A stretch of 64,000 bases of DNA from Flavobacterium sp. (GTDB lineage Bacteria > Bacteroidota > Bacteroidia > Flavobacteriales > Flavobacteriaceae): the NCBI RefSeq assembly GCF_035299245.1, contig NZ_DATGWY010000019.1, forward strand, positions 42,363 to 106,362, given 5' to 3'. The translations under genes were made by a program, and so were the position numbers. The first letter of the stretch is position 1. The number at the start of each line of letters is the position of its first letter. The notes under the pieces were generated by a model. That model did no database searches. It worked only from the letters and a program-made list of their open reading frames with translations, and was not told the DNA's origin. Below are positions 43,144 through 51,752 of the stretch, piece after piece.

Positions 43144-44337
43144 ATGAATATACACGAATATCAAGGGAAAGAAATTTTAGCGAAATATGGTGTACGCGTT
43201 CAACGTGGAATTGTAGCTAATAATCCGGTTGAGGCAGTTGCTGCAGCCAAACAATTGACTACAGAAACAGGTACACAATGGTACGTAATCAAAGCTCAAA
43301 TTCACGCAGGTGGAAGAGGAAAAGGTGGTGGCGTAAAATTGGCTAAAAACCTAGAGCAAGTAACCGAAATTTCAGAACAAATTATTGGTATGCAATTAAT
43401 CACGCCACAAACTCCACCAGAAGGAAAAACGGTGCACAAAGTGTTGATTGCAGAAGATGTATATTACCCAGGAGAAAGTGAAACTTCTGAATTTTACATG
43501 TCGGTTTTATTGAACAGAGCGACAGGAAGAAACATGATTATGTATTCTACTGAAGGTGGAATGGATATTGAAGAAGTAGCAGAACACACTCCGCATTTAA
43601 TTTTCACAGAAGAAATTGATCCACAAGTGGGACTACAAGGTTTTCAAGCACGACGAGTTGCTTTTAACTTAGGTCTTTCTGGAAATGCGTTCAAAGAAAT
43701 GGTGAAATTTGTTGAATCGTTGTACAACGCCTATATTGGTTCTGATGCTTCGATGTTTGAGATTAATCCAGTACTTAAAACTTCGGATAACAAAATTATG
43801 GCCGTTGATGCCAAAGTAAATATTGATGATAATGCATTGTACCGTCAGCCGAAATACGCTGAAATGCGTGACGTTAGAGAAGAAAATCCAATTGAAGTGG
43901 AAGCTAAAGAAGCCGGATTGAACTATGTTGACCTTGACGGAACTGTAGGTTGTATGGTAAACGGTGCTGGTTTGGCAATGGCAACAATGGATTTGATTAA
44001 ATACGCCGGTTTTGAACCAGCTAACTTCTTAGACGTGGGTGGAACAGCCGATGCAAAACGTGTAGAATTAGCGTTTAGAATCATTTTAAAAGATCCGAAT
44101 GTAAAAGCCATTCTGATTAACATTTTTGGTGGAATCGTTCGTTGCGACCGTGTAGCTCAGGGTGTTGTGGATGCATACAAAAACATGGGTGACGCGATTC
44201 AAGTGCCAATCATTGTACGTTTACAAGGAACTAATGCTGAAATTGCAAAAGAATTAATTGACAATTCAGGTATGCCTATCTTATCTGCGGTTCAGTTTCA
44301 AGAAGCAGCTGATCAAGTGCAAAAAGCATTGTCTTAA
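43144..44337 (+). CDS. sucC: Succinyl-CoA synthetase beta subunit
   Basis: [47 protein letters not shown] at 43144. Confidence 0.97.
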   Translation: MNIHEYQGKEILAKYGVRVQRGIVANNPVEAVAAAKQLTTETGTQWYVIKAQIHAGGRGKGGGVKLAKNLEQVTEISEQIIGMQLITPQTPPEGKTVHKVLIAEDVYYPGESETSEFYMSVLLNRATGRNMIMYSTEGGMDIEEVAEHTPHLIFTEEIDPQVGLQGFQARRVAFNLGLSGNAFKEMVKFVESLYNAYIGSDASMFEINPVLKTSDNKIMAVDAKVNIDDNALYRQPKYAEMRDVREENPIEVEAKEAGLNYVDLDGTVGCMVNGAGLAMATMDLIKYAGFEPANFLDVGGTADAKRVELAFRIILKDPNVKAILINIFGGIVRCDRVAQGVVDAYKNMGDAIQVPIIVRLQGTNAEIAKELIDNSGMPILSAVQFQEAADQVQKALS

Positions 44338-44400
44338 TGAATTGAAACGGACTTATGAATTGAAACGGACTTATGAATTGAAACGGACTTTAGTCCGTTT
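44337..44400. repeat. Three exact 18-bp tandem repeats plus a palindrome
   Basis: ATGAATTGAAACGGACTT x3 (44337-44390), then AAACGGACT-TT-AGTCCGTTT. Confidence 0.9.
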
Positions 44401-44409
44401 ATAAATAAA

Positions 44410-44441
44410 TATAAATCCCGAGTTTGTGCTCGGGATTTTTT
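44410..44441. terminator. Bidirectional intrinsic terminator
   Basis: AAATCCCGAG..CTCGGGATTTTT. Confidence 0.75.
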
Positions 44442-44838
44442 ATTTCATTTTCTCAGCAAAAGCAATTACATGTCCATCCAAATCCGAAAAATAAAAAGCG
44501 GTGTCGCCCCAATTGCGCGGTTCAATTTCGCTGATTATAGTGGTATTTAGTTTTTTTACATTTTCATATTCTACCTTAAGATTTTCAACAATAAAGTACA
44601 ATTCGCAACGCGGAATTCCGTTTCCTAAGTTCGGATGCGGTAGTGCTGGAGTGATGATTTTTGCAATTCCGTCGTTAGGCATTAATCCGAGTTTACACTG
44701 ATTATTTATAATGAATTCAGTCATTCCGGGCACATTCAAATCGGCTGATTTTCTGAAAAGTTGCTCATAAAATTGAGTGCTTTTTTGCTGGTCTTTTACA
44801 TAAAGTATGAATTCGGTATGTTTAATGTGTGTAATCAT
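44440..44838 (-). CDS. VOC/glyoxalase family protein
   Basis: LYVKDQQKSTQFYE, ELYFIV, WGDTAFYFSDLDGH. Confidence 0.85.
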   Translation of the reverse strand: MITHIKHTEFILYVKDQQKSTQFYEQLFRKSADLNVPGMTEFIINNQCKLGLMPNDGIAKIITPALPHPNLGNGIPRCELYFIVENLKVEYENVKKLNTTIISEIEPRNWGDTAFYFSDLDGHVIAFAEKMK

Positions 44839-44859
44839 TTTTGGAATTTATAATCAATG

Positions 44860-45849
44860 CTATTTTTCATTCATTTTCATTTGATCAAGAAAGAAATGAA
44901 TCACTTCTAAATTCATTTCTGATGTGGTCCAATGTCCCACTTTTTCATATGTTTTAAAGGTTGCATTGATTTTTGCATTCAAATAATGTTTTTGACATTC
45001 CAAATACCTTTTTTGAACGGTTCTCCCTATGTTGTCATTAATACTATTTCGTTCCTTTTTGCTGTAAGCATCGTCAAATTGAACCGCATCATTTTCGTCT
45101 AACTGTCCCATATAGATAAACTGAGGAATAGATTTGTACGATTCAAAGTTGAATTTTTCTTTAAATAATTGTTCAAAATCGTTAGTGCCAATTGGATAGT
45201 CGAGTTTACAACTATTAATTTCGTTTTGAGGCAACATAAGTTCTCCGTTAAATCCGCCAATTGCCATTGCTTGGATTGTATCTGGGTGCAGAAATGAAAA
45301 ACGATTTGTAAAAGTAGCTGAAGCTGAAAAACCACTCATAAAAAATTTTTCCTCAACTTCAATGTGTACTGTTTTTAATACGTTTTTGGAATCGTTTATC
45401 ATTGCCAACAACTGTAAGTCAAGTCGGAGTAATTCGGTAGATGTTTCTAACATTACATCTCTGTCCAAAGCATGTGTGTAGGTCAAAGGTTTTGATTCTG
45501 GTCTAGGAAAAATGGGGACAAGTAGCGGAATTTTCAATTCAGTAGAAATATTATTTCCTACGGAACTTACAGATGCCAAGTCGATAGCATGCTGTTTATG
45601 AACTTCGATGTCATCTGACAATTTCCCCGTGTTGTTTGGTTCTACTAGTAAGAATGTTTTTTTATTCAGTTGAGCTCCTTTTGGAATAAAAAGTATGTAA
45701 TCGTTAAAAAATCCTTTTGCTTGATTTTTTTCTATGACGATTAAACTGTCTTTCTTGAAAATTTCCGTTTTTGAATTTTGAGCAAACGAAAAAATGCAGG
45801 TAAACGAAAGAAATAGAGTTTTGATTATATTTCGCATTTCAAATATCAT
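44860..45849 (-). CDS. Secreted hypothetical protein, probable alpha/beta hydrolase
   Basis: Signal peptide; FMSGFSASATF elbow-like motif; GQLDEND; VGHW. Confidence 0.65.
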   Translation of the reverse strand: MIFEMRNIIKTLFLSFTCIFSFAQNSKTEIFKKDSLIVIEKNQAKGFFNDYILFIPKGAQLNKKTFLLVEPNNTGKLSDDIEVHKQHAIDLASVSSVGNNISTELKIPLLVPIFPRPESKPLTYTHALDRDVMLETSTELLRLDLQLLAMINDSKNVLKTVHIEVEEKFFMSGFSASATFTNRFSFLHPDTIQAMAIGGFNGELMLPQNEINSCKLDYPIGTNDFEQLFKEKFNFESYKSIPQFIYMGQLDENDAVQFDDAYSKKERNSINDNIGRTVQKRYLECQKHYLNAKINATFKTYEKVGHWTTSEMNLEVIHFFLDQMKMNEK

Positions 45850-45966
45850 TTCTATTGTTTGTCTTAACTTGTCAAAAATTGTTACTAGGTATTTTTTAAA
45901 ATTACTGCTAACAAAAAAATCCCATCTGAAAGCAGATAGGATTTATATTTTGATTGTGAAAAAGAT

Positions 45967-46176
45967 CTAGGGTTTTTTAACCGAGCACGTAGTAATTCCC
46001 AATAAAGGATACAACGGACAAAAGCTAACTAAGCTAGTTAACGCGAATACTCCAGCAACTATGACAGCTATAATTCCTAATGTTCCTGAAATAGTTCCGT
46101 TATAGAATAAGAAACCTAACACTGCAGCGATTATCAATCGGATAATACGATCTGCTGAACCCATATTTTTTTTCAT
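45967..46176 (-). CDS. DUF2892 (YgaP-like) small membrane protein
   Basis: NMGSADRIIR...FCPLYPLLGITTC. Confidence 0.88.
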   Translation of the reverse strand: MKKNMGSADRIIRLIIAAVLGFLFYNGTISGTLGIIAVIVAGVFALTSLVSFCPLYPLLGITTCSVKKP

Positions 46177-46249
46177 AATGTAAATGATTAATTAGTTATT
46201 ATGAGACAAATTTAGGCAGTGTAAAAAAGGTGTGCAGTGACTTTGGTCA

Positions 46250-46879
46250 CTAGTCCAAAACTTCGATGGTGGTTGGGCTTTGTTTGACCTTTCCTTCCAT
46301 CTCTAATTTTTTGACAATTCGGCTGATGACTTCACGTGCAGTGCCGAGTTCACTAGCAATTTGACGATGCGAAATTTTTAATGGATTGTGTTGTGTTACG
46401 TCCACTTTTTCTTTTAAATAATCTAAAACACGCTTGTCTAATCGATCAAAGAGAAGTGAATTGATTGTGTCTAATAAATCGGAGTAACGCAAATTGTATT
46501 GCAGGAAGAAAAGTGAATTGAAGTCGGGAAACTTCTTTGTCCATTGCCCTAATTTTTCAGTGGGAATTAAGAGTAAATGCGAATCTTCTTCAGTTACAGC
46601 ATAAATTTTACTTGGCTGATTGTTGATTCCAGCCGAAAATGACATAATGCAACTTTCATTGGGTTTGATGTAATAGAGTAGGAGTTCTTTGTCTTCGTGA
46701 CGGGTAAATACTTTGATCACTCCGCTAAAAACTAGTGGGATTACTTTTATGAATTGTCCTTCACGCAACAATTCGGTGTCTTTCTTAACCTCTTTTTCGA
46801 TGGCAAATTGTAGCATTTCCGAAATCAAATCCGAATTAAAATGTGGAAATTGGTGTTTGATTTGAGTCGCTAAATCCAT
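46250..46879 (-). CDS. Crp/Fnr family transcriptional regulator
   Basis: cNMP-binding fold (SGVIKVF..ELLLYYI..ESCIMS) and HTH SHRQIASELGTAREVISR. Confidence 0.9.
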   Translation of the reverse strand: MDLATQIKHQFPHFNSDLISEMLQFAIEKEVKKDTELLREGQFIKVIPLVFSGVIKVFTRHEDKELLLYYIKPNESCIMSFSAGINNQPSKIYAVTEEDSHLLLIPTEKLGQWTKKFPDFNSLFFLQYNLRYSDLLDTINSLLFDRLDKRVLDYLKEKVDVTQHNPLKISHRQIASELGTAREVISRIVKKLEMEGKVKQSPTTIEVLD

Positions 46880-46885
46880 CAGAAA

Positions 46886-47305
46886 TTACTTTTTATTCTT
46901 TCCGTTTTTGAATTGCACTTTTTCAACAATTGGCTCCTTTTTAACTTGTTTTTTGGGAACAAATTTCTTTTTAGGAGCAGTTGTTGTAGCTGTCTTTTCT
47001 CTATTTTCTATTTTCTTTTCTCTAAATTCTTTTGGTTGCGCTTCTTTTTTGTGAATGGCAATTACATCCATAGGATTTTTTGGATTTTCTTTGGTGCCAC
47101 GTAAGTAAATTACCAATCCGTTTAAAAAATTACGAAGTACTTGATCACCACATTCAACAAATTTTGGATGATCAGCATTGCGGAAAAAGTTACCAATTTC
47201 ACCTTTAGACATACGGAAATCAACCAATTTTAAAATCTCTTCTATTTGGTCATCGCGAAGCATTAATGCCACACGGAGCTTTTTGAAAATATCGTTGTTA
47301 TTCAA
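46886..47305 (-). CDS. DUF1456 (YehS-like) family protein
   Basis: NNDIFKKLRVAL..., CGDQVLRNFLNGL; TTG start; Lys-rich tail. Confidence 0.8.
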   Translation of the reverse strand: MNNNDIFKKLRVALMLRDDQIEEILKLVDFRMSKGEIGNFFRNADHPKFVECGDQVLRNFLNGLVIYLRGTKENPKNPMDVIAIHKKEAQPKEFREKKIENREKTATTTAPKKKFVPKKQVKKEPIVEKVQFKNGKNKK

Positions 47306-47378
47306 TGTTTTTATTGTTTATAGTTTGTTGTTTAGGGTTATAATTTTAGTAAACTATGAACCATAAACTACCAAACAG

Positions 47379-48197
47379 TTAGAAAAGCCAAAGATACGCC
47401 TTTTTAAATCCTTCACGCCATAATTTTTCGTTGTGTTGTCCGCCTTTTACTATGACTTTTTTATTTTTATTTTGACATTCACAACGTTTCGAATTGACTT
47501 CGTATTCCATGGCATTTAAATCGCGCACCATATCATCATCACCTTCGCTATCGCCACACAGAAAATATACTTTGGTTTTAAAAGATTTGGTATTCTTCAT
47601 CAGGTCGAAAATTTCTTTCCGGTTGAACCAAAATGAAGGTGAGAAACAACCTACTTTTCCGAACACTTTTGGATATTTTAATGCTCCATAAAAAGAGACT
47701 AAACCTCCAAGCGAACTTCCCCAAAGACAAGTGTTGTTGGCGTTCGATTTGGTTCGGTAGTTTTGATCAACATAAGGTTTTAAAGTAGCAACTATAAAAT
47801 CCAAATAGTTGTCCGCATTTCCGCCATTGTACTTTTCGTGTTTAAAAGGCGTTAATTCGTCAATTCGCTTATCACCACCATGTTCAATTCCGATGACAAT
47901 TACTTGTGCTGCAATACTGTCTAGGGTTTCATCAACATTCCATTCACCTACATACGAAGTTTTCGCATCAAATAAATTCTGACCGTCGTGCATGTAAATC
48001 ACAGGGTATTTTTTGTTCGATTCGGAATAATTTTTAGGCAAATACACCCAGATTTTTTTCGATGAATTCAATTGAGGAGATTCAATAGTAAATGATGAAA
48101 CTTGCTGGCTTGCACTACTGTTCTGAGCATTTGTGAAGCAGAATCCAAAATTAATTAAAAAGAGTAAAGCGAATTTTGAGTGTATTAATTTCCACAT
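47379..48197 (-). CDS. Putative esterase (alpha/beta hydrolase)
   Basis: YPVIYMHDGQNLFD, GSSLGG, GGQHNE. Confidence 0.9.
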   Translation of the reverse strand: MWKLIHSKFALLFLINFGFCFTNAQNSSASQQVSSFTIESPQLNSSKKIWVYLPKNYSESNKKYPVIYMHDGQNLFDAKTSYVGEWNVDETLDSIAAQVIVIGIEHGGDKRIDELTPFKHEKYNGGNADNYLDFIVATLKPYVDQNYRTKSNANNTCLWGSSLGGLVSFYGALKYPKVFGKVGCFSPSFWFNRKEIFDLMKNTKSFKTKVYFLCGDSEGDDDMVRDLNAMEYEVNSKRCECQNKNKKVIVKGGQHNEKLWREGFKKAYLWLF

Positions 48198-48237
48198 TTT
48201 AACAAAAAATTATATTTTAGCTAAAAATAATCATTTC

Positions 48238-48639
48238 ATGAATACAAAAGCAGAAAAAGTAAGTTTGTTGTGCGATATGATTGCCTTTGCGATTGTAGAT
48301 GGCGAATTGCACGAAAGAGAATATATGTTTCTTTCGATAATTGCTGTTGAATTAGGAATTAGCAAAGAAGAACTGAATCAGCTTTTTCATGAAGAACACC
48401 GTAGTGAAATCATTAAGAGTGAGTTTGAACGCATACAGCAATTCTATCGTTTAGCACTGTTGATGCATTGTGATGGTGTTTTACACGAACGCGAACAAAT
48501 CAAAATTCGCGAAATCGGCATCAACATGGGATTGAATCCTTTTGCCATGAAACGAGTGTTAAAAGCAATGGAAGAATCGCCCACTTCAATGGTTCACCCC
48601 GATTTTCTGTTGGAAGTTTTTCAAGAGCAGCATAATTAG
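48238..48639 (+). CDS. TerB-like family protein
   Basis: FAIVDGELHERE and LMHCDGVLHERE duplicated TerB motif; ATG at 48238. Confidence 0.8.
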   Translation: MNTKAEKVSLLCDMIAFAIVDGELHEREYMFLSIIAVELGISKEELNQLFHEEHRSEIIKSEFERIQQFYRLALLMHCDGVLHEREQIKIREIGINMGLNPFAMKRVLKAMEESPTSMVHPDFLLEVFQEQHN

Positions 48640-48655
48640 TTTTACTACATTCATA

Positions 48656-48695
48656 TAGCCAAAAGCCATTCAGTATTGAATGGCTTTTGGTTTTT
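48656..48695 (+). terminator. Intrinsic terminator
   Basis: CCAAAAGCCATTCA..TGAATGGCTTTTGG TTTTT. Confidence 0.75.
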
Positions 48696-48802
48696 AAACA
48701 GTCTGAAAATTAGTCAGTTAACAAAATGTTAAAGCGGACTTTTTTTCAGTTTTTATGATGGATTTTCCCTTTTTTGATGTCAAAATGACCTGATTTTTCC
48801 AT

Positions 48803-48817
48803 TGGTATGTAATTTGT
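48803..48817 (+). promoter_or_regulatory. Sigma54-like -24/-12 element upstream of hsp20
   Basis: TGGTATG-N4-TTGT versus consensus TGGCACG-N4-TTGC. Confidence 0.4.
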
Positions 48818-48867
48818 CTTTTGCTCATCGTAATTAAAAAATCGTTTAACATTAAAACATAAAAATT

Positions 48868-49293
48868 ATGAACTTAATTAAAAGAAGTACAGTGCCATTT
48901 CCATCCATTATTGATGAATTATTAAAACCAGATTGGTTGGGCGGAATGCAAAGTTTTAACAACAACATTCCTGCAGTAAATATCAAAGAAACCGACACAA
49001 GTTTCGGAATTGAACTCGCTGCTCCAGGAAAAACCAAAGAAGATTTCAACATCGAAATCGATCACAATGTATTGACCATTTCTTCTGAGGAAAAATCAGA
49101 GAAAGAAGAAACTCAAGGCAAATACACTCGGAAAGAATTCAACTATTCATCGTTCCGCAGAGCATTCACTTTGCCAGAAACGGTAAATACCGATTCTATT
49201 AATGCAACGTACGAAAACGGTGTTTTACATGTAGCACTTCCTAAAAAAGAAGAAGCACTTCCAAAACCAAAACGTTTAATCGAAATAGGGTAA
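48868..49293 (+). CDS. Hsp20/alpha-crystallin small heat-shock protein
   Basis: PAVNIKE, LAAPG, LTISSE, F.R.FTLP, YENGVLHVALPK. Confidence 0.93.
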   Translation: MNLIKRSTVPFPSIIDELLKPDWLGGMQSFNNNIPAVNIKETDTSFGIELAAPGKTKEDFNIEIDHNVLTISSEEKSEKEETQGKYTRKEFNYSSFRRAFTLPETVNTDSINATYENGVLHVALPKKEEALPKPKRLIEIG

Positions 49294-49382
49294 TTTTTCA
49301 TCATAGTTAGGGTTGAAGAAAACGCATCTAGTTTAGGTGCGTTTTCTTTTTGTTTACACTTCTCTTACTGCAAACAATTTCC

Positions 49383-49409
49383 TATTTTTGCACTACAACA
49401 CAACAAACT
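49383..49409 (+). promoter_or_regulatory. pyrD -7 element and short leader with CAACACAAC
   Basis: TATTTTTG at 49383-49390; CAACACAAC at 49396-49404. Confidence 0.7.
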
Positions 49410-50429
49410 ATGTACAAACTTCTCATTCGTCCGATTCTTTTTTGGTTTGATCCCGAAAAAGTTCATTATTTTACCTTTTCATTAATTCGAACACTTTGTA
49501 AAATTCCGGGTTTTCCCTCACTTTTTAAATCGTTGTATTTGGTCAATGATCAACGTTTGGAGCGTGAAGTTTTTGGATTGAAATTCAAAAACCCAGTTGG
49601 CCTTGCTGCCGGATTTGACAAAGACGCCAAATTGTACAATGAGCTGTCTGACTTCGGATTTGGTTTTATTGAAATCGGAACATTAACTCCAGTTGGCCAA
49701 GAAGGAAATCCAAAAAAGCGATTGTTTCGTTTGAAAGAAGATTCGGCCATCATCAACCGAATGGGTTTCAATAACGGCGGCGTAAAAGAAGCGGTCGAGC
49801 GTCTCAAAAAGAACAAAGGTGTTCTCATTGGCGGCAACATTGGTAAAAACAAAGTTACACCTAATGAAAATGCGGTAGACGACTACAAGATCTGTTTTGA
49901 AGCCTTATTCGATTATGTGGATTATTTTGTAGTGAATGTAAGTTCGCCCAATACTCCCAATTTACGTGAATTACAAGAAAAAGAACCGTTAAAACAACTG
50001 CTCAATCAACTTCAAACTGATAACTTACAACATACAACTCCAAAACCAATTCTACTCAAAATCGCACCCGATTTAACGGATTCACAGTTACTCGACATCA
50101 TCGAAATTGTCAATGAAACCAAAATCGCGGGAGTAATAGCAACGAATACGACTTTATCACGCGAAGGTTTGCAATCCGAAAATAAGTCGGAAACTGGCGG
50201 ATTATCCGGAAAACCTTTAACTAAACGTTCGACCGAAGTCATTCGTTTTCTGTCTGAAAAAAGCAATAAATCATTTCCAATTATTGGTGTAGGCGGAATC
50301 CACACTGCTGCTGATGCTATCGAAAAACTCGAAGCCGGTGCAAGCTTGATACAATTGTACACCGGATTTATCTATGAAGGTCCAAAATTGGTGCGCGATA
50401 TCAATACCGCAATTTTGAAAAAATCTTAG
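49410..50429 (+). CDS. pyrD: Quinone-dependent dihydroorotate dehydrogenase
   Basis: [41 protein letters not shown] at 49410. Confidence 0.96.
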   Translation: MYKLLIRPILFWFDPEKVHYFTFSLIRTLCKIPGFPSLFKSLYLVNDQRLEREVFGLKFKNPVGLAAGFDKDAKLYNELSDFGFGFIEIGTLTPVGQEGNPKKRLFRLKEDSAIINRMGFNNGGVKEAVERLKKNKGVLIGGNIGKNKVTPNENAVDDYKICFEALFDYVDYFVVNVSSPNTPNLRELQEKEPLKQLLNQLQTDNLQHTTPKPILLKIAPDLTDSQLLDIIEIVNETKIAGVIATNTTLSREGLQSENKSETGGLSGKPLTKRSTEVIRFLSEKSNKSFPIIGVGGIHTAADAIEKLEAGASLIQLYTGFIYEGPKLVRDINTAILKKS

Positions 50430-50445
50430 TACATTAGCAAAAAAT

Positions 50446-50480
50446 CTCAGTTACTCAGCCACTCAGGAACTCAGTCACTC
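50446..50480. repeat. 8-nt-period repeat (ACTCAGnn)
   Basis: Four to five units directly before the HMG-CoA lyase ATG; a reverse-complement array is at 63541-63570. Confidence 0.7.
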
Positions 50481-50481
50481 C

Positions 50482-51345
50482 ATGGAAAATATCAAAATCA
50501 TCGAATGTCCGCGCGATGCCATGCAAGGCATCAAACCGTTTATTCCCACCGAGCGTAAAGTCGACTATATTCAGGCGTTGCTCCGCGTAGGTTTTGATAC
50601 GATTGATTTTGGAAGTTTTGTTTCGCCCAAAGCGATTCCGCAAATGCAAGATACCGCTGAGGTATTAGCGCAACTCGATTTGTCGCAAACAACTAGTAAA
50701 TTACTTGCCATTATTGCCAATACGCAAGGCGCTGAAATGGCTTCGGTTCACAAGGAAATCAACTATTTGGGTTTTCCGTTTTCGATTTCGGAGAATTTCC
50801 AAATGCGTAATACGCACAAAACCATAGCCGAGAGTTTGGTGACGCTACAAGAAATTTTAAACATTGCAGATAAATCCAATAAAGAGGTTGTAACTTACAT
50901 TTCAATGGGTTTCGGAAATCCGTACGGCGATCCGTGGAATGTAGAAATAGTAGGCGAGTGGACTGAAAAATTGGCGCAAATGGGTGTGAAAATTCTCTCG
51001 CTTTCCGACACTGTTGGAAGCTCAACACCTGAAGTGATTGACTATTTGTTTTCCAATTTGATTCCGAAATACCCAAACATTGAATTTGGCGCGCATTTGC
51101 ACACTACACCCGAAAAATGGTTTGAAAAAATCGATGCCGCCTACAAAGCCGGTTGCCGACGCTACGATGGCGCGATTCAAGGTTTTGGTGGTTGCCCTAT
51201 GGCCAAAGACGATTTGACAGGCAACATGCCCACCGAAAAATTACTTTCCTATTTCACTACTGTGAAAGAAAATACGAATACAAGTCCGATGAGCTTTGAA
51301 AGCGCATACAATGTGGCTTCGCGGTTGTTTGGCGAGTTTCATTAA
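50482..51345 (+). CDS. Hydroxymethylglutaryl-CoA lyase
   Basis: ECPRDAMQG, SFVSPKAIPQM, LSDTVG, HLH, GGCP, GNMPTE. Confidence 0.92.
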   Translation: MENIKIIECPRDAMQGIKPFIPTERKVDYIQALLRVGFDTIDFGSFVSPKAIPQMQDTAEVLAQLDLSQTTSKLLAIIANTQGAEMASVHKEINYLGFPFSISENFQMRNTHKTIAESLVTLQEILNIADKSNKEVVTYISMGFGNPYGDPWNVEIVGEWTEKLAQMGVKILSLSDTVGSSTPEVIDYLFSNLIPKYPNIEFGAHLHTTPEKWFEKIDAAYKAGCRRYDGAIQGFGGCPMAKDDLTGNMPTEKLLSYFTTVKENTNTSPMSFESAYNVASRLFGEFH

Positions 51346-51380
51346 TTTTTTACCATAAAAACTTTCAATTTTTTCTTTAT

Positions 51381-51440
51381 CATATAAGACATATAAGTTC
51401 ATGTATGTTTTCTCTTCAATGACCTTATATGCCTTATATG
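51381..51440. repeat. 9-nt-period inverted repeat (CATATAAG / CTTATATG)
   Basis: Arms at 51381-51397 and 51424-51440. Confidence 0.75.
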
Positions 51441-51461
51441 GTTCAAATTTTTAGTAGCTAA

Positions 51462-51596
51462 TCCAGCTTTTCATTCCAAGTTTTTTACTTCAAACTATTT
51501 TTGTAAGCTGCGAAAAGAGCTTCCGTTGGTCGCTTTTTCACAGCAACAAAAATTGGTTTTCACTTTCAAAAAGCTTTCCATTGCAATCTGGGCTAA
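51462..51596 (+). repeat. Dispersed structured element, copy H (long form)
   Basis: TCCAGCTTT...GCAATCTGGGCTAA; internal loop shares CGTTGGTCGC with copy B. Confidence 0.75.
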
Positions 51597-51612
51597 TTCA
51601 GAAAGCGGTCGG

Positions 51613-51743
51613 CAGAACGCAGAAGGCAGAAAGTGCAACTGAAATACAAAACGTCTAAACTAGCCCCGATTGAAGCGGCACGCAGTAAAGCGGAAAGCGG
51701 GACAAGGCGTTATTAGAACTTTTATACGTCTGCTTCAAATAAA
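51613..51743 (-). repeat. Direct repeat 1 flanking the P-type ATPase (contains element copy E, 51660-51702)
   Basis: Aligns with 54342-54480. Confidence 0.85.
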
Positions 51744-51752
51744 GAAATCTGA

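Noticed and set aside
43144-44337. sucC without an adjacent sucD
   Set aside because: Split sucC/sucD is, to my knowledge, usual in Flavobacteria; there is no sign of truncation.
44337-44400. Possible mini-CRISPR array
   Set aside because: The repeats are contiguous with no spacers, and there are no cas genes.
47430-47438. Fifth exact CAACACAAC copy
   Set aside because: Near the 3' end of the esterase CDS (GGQHNE catalytic His motif); treated as background.
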